A stretch of DNA of 59,243 nt, filler included, from Basidiobolus ranarum (taxonomy: Eukaryota), in assembly GCA_040143965.1 (NCBI GenBank). It is 10 parts of 10 records of this genome, joined end to end, with 100 filler letters (N's around TTAATTAATTAA, not from the genome) between each part and the next. Parts side by side here need not be neighbours in the genome. Positions count along the whole stretch, not along the records: positions 23,787 to 29,625 come from JASJQH010008364.1; positions 29,726 to 35,562 come from JASJQH010008365.1; positions 35,663 to 41,490 come from JASJQH010008366.1; 7 more parts are not named here. The stretch is one strand, 5' to 3'. Shown here piece after piece: positions 26,376-37,978 of the stretch (positions are counted from its first letter, which is position 1; every line of letters starts with the position of its first letter). The notes under the pieces are model-generated. The model had not been told where the DNA came from. It did not search any database and saw only the letters and a list, made by a program, of their open reading frames with translations. The translations under genes and the position numbers were made by a program.

Positions 26376-27218
26376 ATGACTTCTTCAAATATCCACCTAA
26401 GCAGATATAATAACGCTGTTGATTTTTTGAATATTGTGTATTCTTTTCTGAGTGAAGCTCCTTACACCAATGGATACATTCTTGGTTCTCTTGCGGATGA
26501 AAACAACGAGTTCACCGTCATTTTCGACTCAAAAAAATGCCCTATATTGGCAGTCATGACTCAGCCTTCTAAAACGTTCATTCTTTCTCATTCGACTAGC
26601 TGGACCACGGAAGCATTAGAAGTGCTTATTAGTGATATTAAGCTGAATAATTTGCCAATTACTGGAATTCGTGGACCAGAAAACGTTACCACCGAATTTA
26701 GTCAAATTTTCGAAAGAGTTTTTCAAAAAAGTATGGTACCAGGCGAACCTTCGAGAATCTATAAGTGCACAAGTGTGATACCAACACCTAATTTACCGCA
26801 AAATGGAGTCAAGAGACTAGCACAAGCTGAGAATTTGGACTTAATCTCTCATTGGCTTGAGGAGTTCTTTGTAGAGTGTCAAGTACATGTATCTGAGGAT
26901 CCGAAACCGATAGCTAAGGAAAGTATAGAAAGTAACTCTATGTACTTCTGGGAAAATTCCTTAGGAGAAATCGTATCTATGGCTGCATTTAAACGAGCAA
27001 ACGAATTCTCCGTCAATGTATGTTATGTATATACACCAAAGCAATTTCGAGGAAAAGGCTATGCTTACCAGCTGGTAAAGGGACTCACTCTTGAACTACT
27101 CGAAAAATACCCTGCTGTGGTTCTTAACGCTTTTACGAGTAATGAAATAAGCCAAGGAGTGTATAAAAAAATAGGCTTTACCAAAGTGATTGAAACAATG
27201 GATTATAGAAATTTCTAA
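26376..27218 (+). CDS. GNAT-family acetyltransferase, bacterial type (FR47-like C-terminal domain), intronless
   Basis: 280-aa ORF with IVSMA, VCYVYTPKQFRGKGYA (acetyl-CoA motif A) and NEISQGVYKKIGF. Confidence 0.9.
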   Translation: MTSSNIHLSRYNNAVDFLNIVYSFLSEAPYTNGYILGSLADENNEFTVIFDSKKCPILAVMTQPSKTFILSHSTSWTTEALEVLISDIKLNNLPITGIRGPENVTTEFSQIFERVFQKSMVPGEPSRIYKCTSVIPTPNLPQNGVKRLAQAENLDLISHWLEEFFVECQVHVSEDPKPIAKESIESNSMYFWENSLGEIVSMAAFKRANEFSVNVCYVYTPKQFRGKGYAYQLVKGLTLELLEKYPAVVLNAFTSNEISQGVYKKIGFTKVIETMDYRNF

Positions 27219-27452
27219 GTGGCTTTTATTTGACCACTGCACCACATTTGATTTGTATATTGTTCTATACATCCTTTTTTGAATAGCCTTGATTATTGTA
27301 TGGCAAACTTGATTCCATATTCATGTACTAACTTCCTGTAGTAAGATATGTCTATATAGGTACATAGAATGTGATATGCTTTCAATAGTACCATGCCAAA
27401 AGTCTAGCACAAGTCATTAATATAATTTTTAAAAATATCTAATAACCAAATA

Positions 27453-27801
27453 TGTTGAAATTAGAATTGTCTAATCACCTATATAGTCATATATAGCTTA
27501 GTATTTAGTTATCCTATATTCCACTAAGATATCACCCATTATTCTCATGAGAAATTTACTTAGAATATTGACACCAACTTGGAAGTTCTCAGATATATAG
27601 ATTTTGATAACTTGTGCTAGAAGCCCCAAACTTTGCACACATGTTCCTGGGACCTTCCTTAACACATTCTACATGTTAGTTTGTTTATATCACGACAAAA
27701 CTATAAATGTCAACTTTCAACTCAATAAATCAACAAGTGAAAACCACCAATTTCTCTAATTCTCCAAACCACTTCTAATAGGCTCCCAAAATACTTTAAC
27801 A
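27453..27801 (+). repeat. Full copy of the ~345-bp TG..CA repeat
   Basis: tgttgaaattagaattg ... ggctcccaaaatactttaaca. Confidence 0.85.
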
Positions 27802-27810
27802 ATAGTTTTG

Positions 27811-28034
27811 TCACAATGCAAGAAAATAAACGTGCATAATGTGTTAAGGAAGGTCCCAAGAACAAGTGTGGAAAGTTTGGGGCTTCTAGAACAAGTTTGG
27901 AATATTTATATATCTGAGGACCTCTAAGTAAATTCATCTTGAGAATAGTGAGTGATATCATAGAGAAATACAAAATAACTAAGTACTAAGCTATATATGA
28001 CTATATAGATGTTTAGGCTATGCTAATTTCAACA
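27811..28034 (-). repeat. Truncated inverted copy of the same repeat
   Basis: Ends ...gctaatttcaaca (reverse complement of tgttgaaattagc) and contains the reverse complements of ccaaacttt and ggaccttcctt. Confidence 0.8.
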
Positions 28035-29625
28035 CCATTTCGGATATATCTCATTAACAATGTGAAAGTCAGAATTTTAAATTCGTCCAAAACCCCTAAG
28101 CTTTTCTCCCAGCTTACTAGACACAATGAAAATAAAGGATAACAGGTGTGTACTTCCTGGAAGTACTGAATTCCAAGTACATGTCTTGAATTTCATCTAA
28201 TTATGTTAATTGACTCAAATACTAACAACATTTAGGACACTTGAATTTAGTCTAAATTGTAGAGGGACATCTTACAGCCTTGAAGCAGGCTTTGGAAGGC
28301 TTTCAAGCTGATTCTAAATTTCCCCTCCAACAATACTAAAAGTTACTAATTAGTTGTTCCAATATGTTCATAAAAGTATCATACACAGTTTACTTCACAA
28401 CATAGTTCAGGTCGAATCACATCTCTTTAACCTATTCTAAACACTCCCAAAAAATTGCTAATAAATACAACAAACCATCTGCATGCCTAAGGGTTGGGAT
28501 ACTTAGTTGCAGGAGTTCATGGGTTTGTTTCTGATAATTAGAACCTCCATCACTGAAACCCACCATTTCCCTAGAAAATTTCAGTGCGGACTCATTTCAA
28601 TATAGGTCTGAAACCTAACAGTGAACCAAAAAGTAAACCTTACACTCATTAAATTAATTTCAGCGAAACGATCTGCTACTCTAGTAACTAACAATATATG
28701 AAATTTACTAATCAGATGTTTGAAGCGATATGTTACCAATCAGCCGAGAGATAGCTACATAGCTCAGGAGTCTAAGAGACTTTTCCGAGCTACATTGCTT
28801 CTCCTTGAAGTTTTAGTTTGGAATTGAAACTGTCAACAGACCTTGATTCTTAGAGGTGTACGATTGTATTTCTCTGAGTGAACTCGTACCAAGTTAGTCC
28901 AGGAGTATCACTATAAGACCAATAGGTAGAACTGAGTTTAGTGAGTTGTGTTTGCACAATTTAATGTAAAACAAGCTTGGATCGATGTGACTCTGTTACA
29001 ATGCCCAGTAGCTCATATATAGCATGAGATGGTTGAAAATACCCACAGTACCATAGCGCTATCAGTTTTGCCAGTATCCGCATATTTTCACGAACTCCGA
29101 GTCACAGAGTTTTTGTTAATAAACCAGAGTTGAAACAGCAGAGAGATTCCGGTTCTGAGTGCTACTACACATATCACAATTCTTAATTAGTGTGCTGCAC
29201 ATGACCTTCTCTTGTACCCCTACTTCAATACAATCAACATCAGTACACTAGTGGATATCAGCATTAGATTAGGTTTTCAGTGATCGATGCTCGGAGAACT
29301 CAGGGTTTGGGGAAATCTCAGGATCACCAGGCTCCGACATTACATCATTCATATAGCCAATCACCTGTTCACAGCCCCAATCTTAGTGCGCAACGGAGTG
29401 TCACCGCTGGCGAAAACCATCAGTGCTCACCATGCTTAAGTCAGATCGATTTAGCTAATTCATCAAGAACAACATTTGTTCCAACTTGTCCATCCATTAA
29501 AGAATCGATTAACTATATATATAGACAATAAGGGTGAATCACTGTGCTTTTTACTACTTTTGTACATCCGAGGTTCATGTCTCTGCAGCACCGCACCCAT
29601 ATCCATGCCAGCATATAACAGAAAT

Positions 29626-29725
29626 NNNNNNNNNNNNNNNNNNNNNNNNNNNNNNNNNNNNNNNNNNNNTTAATTAATTAANNNNNNNNNNNNNNNNNNN
29701 NNNNNNNNNNNNNNNNNNNNNNNNN
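29626..29725. other. Artificial contig spacer
   Basis: N44-TTAATTAATTAA-N44. Confidence 0.99.
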
Positions 29726-29817
29726 ACGTAGTCATCCTCCCAGGCAAGTTCTTCCGGGTTTGGAGACGCTTGGCTGTTGACGGGGAAATATTCAGAGGAG
29801 TTATCTACTCCAGTCAT
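29726..29817 (-). CDS. Possible 5' end of a gene running off the contig (MTGVDNSSEYFPVNSQASPNPEELAWEDDY)
   Basis: ATG in an AAAATG context, with the frame open to the contig edge; product unknown. Confidence 0.35.
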
Positions 29818-32791
29818 TTTGATGTGATTGTAAAACTCTTTGGATTTGTAGTTATAGGCAATTCTGTGGTAACAGACTTTAGAAGCTTTTGAATACGAAT
29901 AAATTGTGAGTACTTCTAGCTCTACATTGTCGCTTTTATAACTGTTTCTTTGGGGTAGTACCCCGGTGCACGATAGAGTAGTATACCAACGAGCTAGCAA
30001 TGAGGTATAATGTTCGAAATATGACAGCTCTCTACCGGAACAAAGTGACGTTGAATGGATCTAATGTCTAACTGTGTAGCACAGTGACTTCGCATTCGGG
30101 CTACCAAGTACAATTGAATCGTATCTCTTATATTAAAAGGCGCTTGCCGACAACAGAAGATCAGCGGCTTCACGGGCAATTCTTTGTTTGTAAACAGACT
30201 AAGATTACAACTTTTTGTCAACTAGGCATCTGATTGGTGAGGCTTACGAATCCACAATTGTCAGGTAAACCAACAAATCGAAGTCTATCGCTTGTACACG
30301 ATAGGATCACTGTTGGATGTGTTACTGAGCTTTCTGAATAGGTCATACTTGCAATTCTTTTTAAAGCACATGAAACCTTACACACTTCGTAATTCTCTTG
30401 GCTAAAAACAGTTGTCAGGATCGATTTCCGAGCATATGCTCTGTCTGTAACTGAGACTTTTCACCAAAATTCCACGCAGCTAGCTTACCTGACACAATTG
30501 TAGGGAGAGTGAGACCGCTTGGAATGTCTTTGATTAGAGTATTTTCTAGACAAGTAAGCATAATGGGCAATGGGACAGGGGTATTTTCACTACTAATACG
30601 AAAATCCAACGTAATCAATGCACTTCCCATGCCCAACCGCATCGGAGTATCGAAACCTGGATCCTTACAGGCGTATGGAACTAATCATAGAGTAAAATCA
30701 CCCAAATATATAATAGGGATTATGGCCCCAACCAACGAAGCTCTCCAACTCTGAATCCCTTCGTAGCTAGGGGTAAGTATCAATGTGACTTTCCAAGGCA
30801 TGAATATGAGGCCGTCTGCTCATCATCTGAGTCAAATCCTCGATAACCATTCTTTCACAGTGTCACCATTAGCTATGGTTTCTCTACTGTTGAATAGCAG
30901 CCTTAACATGAGCAAATTCACCCAGGGAACTGGAGAATGAGGTCATTCTGCATAAAATTGACCCTTAGGGTGACTTGTTGATTTACTCTAATCTTGCTTT
31001 CCTGCTACCGATATTCACTCTCTGGATTGAGTGTGCGGAGAGAATTGACTTGAATCTAGACGTACGTCAGTAAGTGTACTACTCCTAGCTTTTATAGAGT
31101 TAGGTTTAAGTACGCAATCGCAACTTGGACAGAGAACATCATACGAAGCAAGGCTACTCTGAGATAGTGTAGATGAGTTGACCTGACTACGCATGATATA
31201 GGCTTGAAAATACCAGATTAACTTGATACTATAGTTTAGTAAATTAGAGCTGAAGGAGGTATTTAGGAGTAGCGTACAGAAACCACAAGCGTAGTCAGAA
31301 GCATATCTAAGTGACTCGAATTTCCTAAATTCTCTTGATCGCACATTACCATAGCAATGAAGGATTTACACAATCTCGTGAATACAATCCAAGCCATATC
31401 CCTAACCCCATCCCTGATATAGCTCAACCAAAGGCAAGATCATCTTAAACAAAATCCATGTTGCTCATCACCCCTTTGGTATTCCAATGGCCGCTTTATT
31501 TATTCACAGATACCAGAGTAACACATGGCTTCACGGATACAACATTAGTTATAGAGTAGGATATACAAAGTGCTACAAACACCTTTTCTCGAATACCAAG
31601 AAAACGGTGTAGAGAGGATTACAATGGCTCTCCTCTTTGGTCAGTGGGGGCGTTGACAAAAGTAAGGCTACCATCATACACCAGAGAAGTAAAGGAGTAA
31701 GGGGCGCAATCGGGATAACTCTAGTTAATATTTCGGTTAAAGTTGCGACAGTTGGGCAGGTTAATTGATTATATCCAGAGCACTGAATAACTCTTGGTAA
31801 TTTGTCGCTGGTAGATTACTATCAGTCAGAATGAAGAAAAGTAGGCACTGCCTCAGTTTTTTTGATGGTTCGAATGTACCTGACACTGGCAAAAAGATTA
31901 GCAGAAAGCCACAGTAAGCATGCATAGATTTAGGATCAGCGAAAGCTATTGCATACAACAGAAAGCTAGGATCTTGAATAGCACAGTGGTAGACTCTGTA
32001 AGGTAAATATGGATAGCTATCCTAACCTGTAAATTGCCATTAAGCCCGGTCCACTCAAAAGCATGAGTTATGAAGCTGTGCTTTGTGTCGGCCAAAACTT
32101 TGATTGCAGTATACATTCTGTCAATCAAGCCTGTACTTCGATGGGAATCCCGCTGGGAAGGTGTCTACATTGAACTGAACTTACATATACGAACAGTAAG
32201 CAGTCTCTTGATTTGAGAGCGCCAGGTCTGTTCCCTATCCACTTCACATCGAATACTACTATCGGCTGCGTTTGAAATGCTCATCAACACAACACAAGCT
32301 ATTGGTTGGCTTAAATCCACCAATGTTTTGCGGTGCCTAATTGTAGTTACGAAACTGTACGGAATCGTTTGGAAATAAGTGGATTTTAGACGTGGCATAA
32401 GAAACACACCAAGTGTCCAAGTAAAGTCAGATTGTGTTAAATGCAGGTACGACAGAATATCCACATACTGAGGATAGTCTAAATCCCTGATTGTGTTGAA
32501 GTTATTAAGGTTACAAGAACACTACACTGTTGTTCACCCCATCGAAAGCTTCCTCATAAATAGGCGGGACTATAGCTACCCCATCCCAGTATTCTTCACC
32601 TGACATTGAACTATTCCGCGCTCCCACCTTTCACTATTTCACCATCCTTTGTTATTGAGCCCCTGTCTGAGTGATTTAAGATTCAAGGAGCATCCTTATC
32701 AACAGCTGTTAGGTTTGTGGATGCAAAACTTTACTTTTATTGAAGGAAATATTGAGCTTTGCCGCGTTCCCTAATATCCTTCATCAACAAT

Positions 32792-33778
32792 ATGAGGAAT
32801 GTGACCCTGGAAAGTACTGTCAATCAGACAACCTGTTCACCTCTTTCCTTGGATGACTATCGAAAATTCCTTATGTATAAGGAGCGTAGCGTAGAGAATT
32901 TGGATTTCTACCTATGGTTCCGTAGCTATCAAATACGGTTCAGTCAACTCCCAAAGGATGTCATTGATATTTTGACTCCATGTAGGTCCAAAAAACACGA
33001 GAATAACCTGTCTGGTGAATATTCGTTACAATTGCCACAATGCAATTCTCGATTGTCGTCAGTTCAAGAAGTTCAAGGAATCAGTGACCTGTCGAATATA
33101 GGACAAAAGATCGACCAGCACTTCCTCGAATATAAGTCTCAACTTTATCAAGCTCAACCATTTCGTGAAGAGGTCAACTCGATTATGGATATATTTTTCA
33201 CAAGCGGCTCTTTCAGCGAACTAAATATTGAGGCTAGTACTTTGCTTCAACTACGCTCCGAGGTGATTTACACGACTCACCCCTCCATATTCCATGTTGC
33301 AGCCATGGAAGCATACCATTTGATGGAAGGTGATTCATTTATGCGCTTTAAAGCGGAGGCTCTAAAGAATCTCTCACCCTCCACAATCCATTCCAGGTGT
33401 GCTATTGGAGTGGTGATTATGTTACTGACCATTACCGGAGTACTGATCACTGTGTTGTTCAAACAAACACGCTGGTATCGACTGATTTTGATGCCGCTAG
33501 TCACTTGTGGAGTTTCTTATCTGGTAAGCTCGTATCGTGGGATTTGTGCAGCTAAAGTATACGCCCGAATGAGAGAAATCAAGCCACACGAACTGTTTCC
33601 TCTGTCAAATACCGATATCCCAACTGTTGTAGAGAGGCAGTATTCCGAAGTTGAAGTGGTGGATTCAGCCATCATACGCGAACAACAGCGAATCTTGTTA
33701 ATTGCGTTTTTACACATCATTCTCTTAACCATATTCCTCATGTTCTTGATCTTATTGGTACCAGAAGCCTGGAGTTGA
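32792..33778 (+). CDS. RGS-domain membrane protein (Rax1-like), intronless
   Basis: CSPLSLDDYRKFLMYKERSVENLDFYLWF, PFREEV, ELNI, THPSIF, MEGDSFMRF, then three hydrophobic helices. Confidence 0.85.
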   Translation: MRNVTLESTVNQTTCSPLSLDDYRKFLMYKERSVENLDFYLWFRSYQIRFSQLPKDVIDILTPCRSKKHENNLSGEYSLQLPQCNSRLSSVQEVQGISDLSNIGQKIDQHFLEYKSQLYQAQPFREEVNSIMDIFFTSGSFSELNIEASTLLQLRSEVIYTTHPSIFHVAAMEAYHLMEGDSFMRFKAEALKNLSPSTIHSRCAIGVVIMLLTITGVLITVLFKQTRWYRLILMPLVTCGVSYLVSSYRGICAAKVYARMREIKPHELFPLSNTDIPTVVERQYSEVEVVDSAIIREQQRILLIAFLHIILLTIFLMFLILLVPEAWS

Positions 33779-34645
33779 CAAGAATCCACTAATTGCGCAT
33801 ACTGGTACTCTGTCTTCATTGACTAAATGAATCACGTGATCTAAGAAAACTACATGTACATAATGTATTTCAAACATTTCGAACCGCTTGTCTGTACGTC
33901 TCAGCATCAAGAAATTGCCTCTAAATCTCTCGACTCCGATTCACCCTTTTCTTTGTGCAATCTACAAATTGCAATAGGCCTTTTCCGTACCAATTTTGGC
34001 ATTTCCTATTTGAACGAACACCAACACAACCGAAAATTTGGTGACTTGATGCAACTCGGAACAGTATAACCCCGAAGGGAGCATTTCTGACGGAATATCT
34101 AGGCTAAAGATTTCCACTGGACATAGCTGCCTGAAGTAGAATGACCTTAACCAGTGCGTTATTCTCATTAAAAATAAATACGACTTGAGTTCTCAACTAA
34201 ACATAGAACGTGTACTCTGATGATTTCTTGACAATCGAATCTAGATCCAAGTGGCTTTACCCGAGATTCTTCTGAAAGAGAAAATCTCTATCCTAATATG
34301 GTACAAAAGCTATACATTCTGGAACCGCCCTAATATATCCTGCCGCTATATCCCTCCCCCCTCCACATTGACTAATCAACGAATATCCCGCATGATATTG
34401 AAGCCACAAAAACTCTTGGCCTTTTCAGCTCATCACGAGTGCTCCTAGCTTAAATTGGGTAACGAGTGAAGAGCATAATAATATAGCCACAATTCGAAAT
34501 AATATTCTTAGAGCCAGCGGACAAATAAGGATATCTGAGATATTTGTACATGCAAGGCTGGCTTGACATGAGAATATAAATACGCTGAGCTGAAGACTCA
34601 TTTAGCAAGAAAAAAACCATTTAACAATCTCTATATACACCAGAC

Positions 34646-35008
34646 ATGTTGAACTTCGCTGATCTTCAAGTACTCCCCGAAACCTCTCCTCTTCGCAGCC
34701 CAGAAGTACGTAATCAACTGGAGAAACGTCAGAGCTACCATGAGGAAAGTATGCTTGCGATGGAGAATATCGAAGCCAGCTACGCAAATACTTTGAAAAA
34801 TTTCGAAGAGCTGCACGTACTCGAAACCGAATACCAACCTTCATTGAAAACCTCTCCACTGGCCATCCCAGAAGTTAGAAATCAGATTTGTCGCAGGAAG
34901 AGTGAGTTAGAAGAGAGACGTATTGCTATGGATGGTATTGAAGCGGATTACGCAGCGATACTTTCTAGTTCCCTGGAGTATATCAATCACTTCCATGTTG
35001 CTTCTTAA
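34646..35008 (+). CDS. 120-aa hypothetical protein with an internal two-unit repeat
   Basis: ETSPLRSPEVRNQ..AMENIEASYA and KTSPLAIPEVRNQ..AMDGIEADYA are 56 aa apart; TATAAATA at 34575-34582. Confidence 0.7.
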   Translation: MLNFADLQVLPETSPLRSPEVRNQLEKRQSYHEESMLAMENIEASYANTLKNFEELHVLETEYQPSLKTSPLAIPEVRNQICRRKSELEERRIAMDGIEADYAAILSSSLEYINHFHVAS

Positions 35009-35562
35009 TTGAAAGGTAACCAGTCCTTTACTCATATACCTATTATTGTAAATATCCCCTGTAACCAAGAATAAACTCCCTTGATAAATCAACGGTTCTT
35101 TTTGCTGCTAATATACACACAAAATAGTCAGAGGGCTTAGATCTATAGTTGGTCTAGTTTCCCCCACTTACTCGTTCACTAACTTGAAATGACCAGACTC
35201 GAAGCAATCTTAGATCACCAACTTTAATAGAGTGGTCATGAATATTCAACGCTACCTCTCATCTGGCAGGATATTCGTAGTTTATATGAAACCCTCACTG
35301 GCTGGATGTAGAACATTTGTGGGACATGCCATCCACCTTTACTGAAGGATAACAGAGCTTGGGTAGGATTTGGTATGTTTTGAGTCAACTCAGTCGCCCC
35401 AAAATGGATGACAATAGCTAGTTAGAGTATGGTGCAGAATCCAATTACAGCCTATTTCCAGCAGTGTAATTGGATTTTCTACTTCAATCAATAACTCCGA
35501 CAATGAACGCTCAAAGCAGGATAATGCCAGTCAGTTCTAATGCTGAGCCTCGTTGGCTTTCC

Positions 35563-35662
35563 NNNNNNNNNNNNNNNNNNNNNNNNNNNNNNNNNNNNNN
35601 NNNNNNTTAATTAATTAANNNNNNNNNNNNNNNNNNNNNNNNNNNNNNNNNNNNNNNNNNNN
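35563..35662. other. Artificial contig spacer
   Basis: N44-TTAATTAATTAA-N44. Confidence 0.99.
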
Positions 35663-36186
35663 TTTAAAAATTTGGTTTTTCCAAAAATTGTAGTTTTGTG
35701 TAATCCTATTACATTTACTCATATTGTTGGACCTTAACCAGACTTAGTGGCTTTGCAAAGATTCTGTATTTAGTTATGGAAAACTTTGCTGTGGGTTCAG
35801 GGAAGATATATTGTATTCATACTAGTTTTGTATATATATCCCACTATATTTTTACAATGTTTAGAGATCACAGACCATTGCTAATTACTCTGGCAGTTCT
35901 CTATGGAATGTACTTATGGTTGGATGATGCTCCAGATGAAATTGTCAATATTGCCATGTCCTAATCTGATTAATAATATAACAGCAAGAATGGTGATTTT
36001 TATAATGCAATGGATCAAGGAAACTTTAGATAGTATTAATTATCCCACAAAAGGCATATAGTAGTATACATCAGGGATATTTTTTAGTTCAAAACATAGG
36101 CATAGGATGTCTATTTGAATAGGCAACAGGATATTCTTTACAAACACTTGAAATATGTTTGCCTAAGTTAATTAGTTACTTATGAT

Positions 36187-36804
36187 GGACTTGCTCCCTA
36201 CAATGGTGCCAGATTGTGCTCTATATAGCATATTGGAAAAAGTATTCTAAAGCTTTTATGATGCAATTTGGCACAATCCTGCACCCTCCAGCATAATCAA
36301 TATCAATCACATTTACCCTAATATTTTAAGCTAAGGTCCAATAAATCCTAGCACTATGCAACAAGGGCAAAGGGTGGAAATCAGAAGAGTTTTTATCTGC
36401 AAAATGTACATGTTTCAAGTGGTGCAGTATATGCAGCAACCTTACCATAGTGAGTATTGGTGGAACAGTGGAAAATTTGGAGATATATAGACTTGGGTTT
36501 GTTGAAATGAAAAAATGTGAATGAATTATATTTTTGACTCCTATTACAGCTGGGATAATTGCTTTGATAATGATTACAATTATCAATGGTTAATACAAGA
36601 ATACTATTAGAATATAAGCTCATGTCTGATATGGCCTTGATCTATTGTGCTAGGATTTATTAGGCCCTGGCTTAATATATTAGAGTAATTGTGATTGAAA
36701 TTGATCATGCTAGAGGGTGCTAGATTGTGCCACAGGAATTTTAGAATACTTTAGGTAATATGATATATAGAGCACAATCTGGCACTATCACTGGGAACAA
36801 GTCC
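36187..36804. mobile_element. Non-autonomous fold-back/MITE-like element with ~175-bp imperfect TIRs (36187-36369 / 36632-36804)
   Basis: ggacttgctccc..gtgccagattgtgctctatata..aataaatcctagcac matches the reverse complement of the right arm, which ends ..gggaacaagtcc. Confidence 0.8.
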
Positions 36805-37089
36805 TATGGGTTTGTCAGTAGCAGGTGGAGTCCAGAATAAAGATTGGTCAAACAGGATTAAATTGTAATTAAAAAATTGTCACAAAAAATACTACAGAAG
36901 TGCTACTAGAAAACCATAGGTAATTCATATTGAAGTAGTCAAATTCAAGTTGCTAGAATGATTAAATATATACAATGGTATTCTGCTACTTTGATCAGGT
37001 TCCATTCCAGATCATCCAAAATGAATTTTGATAGAGGTACTAAATATATTTCCATACTGCTGCTGGTTATTGTAACTGGGAACTTCTAA

Positions 37090-37355
37090 GTCCGAACAAG
37101 TTTACCAAGTAGGCAAACTTCTCTTTTGATCATGCTTTAGTTAGAGTATTGGCAATCATATTTTTTGTCTGACAATATTACATATGTATAGCATCTTTTT
37201 CAAGCTTTTCTCTCACACATTGATATTAAATTCTAATACATTTAGTCTGACTGTGGAAAGCAGGTAATATATCCATGATTGTGTTCATTGATTAAAATGG
37301 TTGCAGATTACTTCAAGTTCAAGTCTGCAAGGAGACTTCTTAACTATATGGCTAT
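37090..37355 (-). mobile_element. Decayed Ty1/copia RNase H remnant
   Basis: LRSLLADLNL..FHSQTKCIRI*YQCVREKLEKDAIHM*YCQTKNMIANTLTKA resembles the copia consensus FH.RTKHIDIRYHFVRE..C.T..M.AD.LTK. Confidence 0.8.
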
Positions 37356-37363
37356 GTTGTTAT

Positions 37364-37709
37364 AGTTGAAATTAGCATTGCCTAAACACCTATACAGGCA
37401 TATATAGCTTAGTACTTAGTTATCTTGTATTTCACTAAGATATTTCACACTATTTTCAATTAGAATCCACTTAGAATATTATTACCAACTGGAAGTTCTG
37501 AGATATATAGATTTGATAACTTGTGCTAGAAGCTCCAAACTTTGCACACATGTCCCTGGGACCTTCCTTAAAACATTCCACATGTTAGTTTGTTTACATC
37601 TTGACAAAACTATAAATGTCCACTTTCTACTCAATTAATCAATCAGTGAAAACAACCAATTTCTCTAATTCTCCAAACCACTTCCAACAGGCTCCCAAAT
37701 ACTTTAACA
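37364..37709 (+). repeat. Full copy of the ~345-bp repeat
   Basis: (a)gttgaaattagcattgcctaaacacc ... ggctcccaaatactttaaca. Confidence 0.85.
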
Positions 37710-37719
37710 CTTTTAACTA

Positions 37720-37978
37720 CTATTGTGACATTCAGAGGAGGGATACTCACAGAGAGAAAAAGCTTTATAATGACAATTTTTCCCATTTTAGAGCAAGGGT
37801 AGAACATAGCTTTGGTTCCCTAAAGAGATATAGCATTGTAGCAGGAAAGCATGGAGGAAAATCATTTTGTGGGTCTCAATCAAAGTTAGGCAAAGTAGTC
37901 AAAATCTTGATTAATTCTCAAAACATTCAAACTAAAAGATATCCATTGAGAGCTCTAGACTCAATACACTATGAATAA
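37720..37978 (+). mobile_element. C-terminal remnant of a DDE_Tnp_4 (PIF/Harbinger/ISL2EU/IS5-like) transposase
   Basis: EKKLYNDNFSHFRARVEHSFGSLKRYSIV matches E..YN...S..R..VE..FG.LK; the 5' part is replaced by the repeat copy. Confidence 0.7.

Noticed and set aside
30415..32464. Scattered short ORFs with hydrophobic or Gly-rich patches
   Set aside because: No consistent splice model or family motif; at most a decayed pseudogene.
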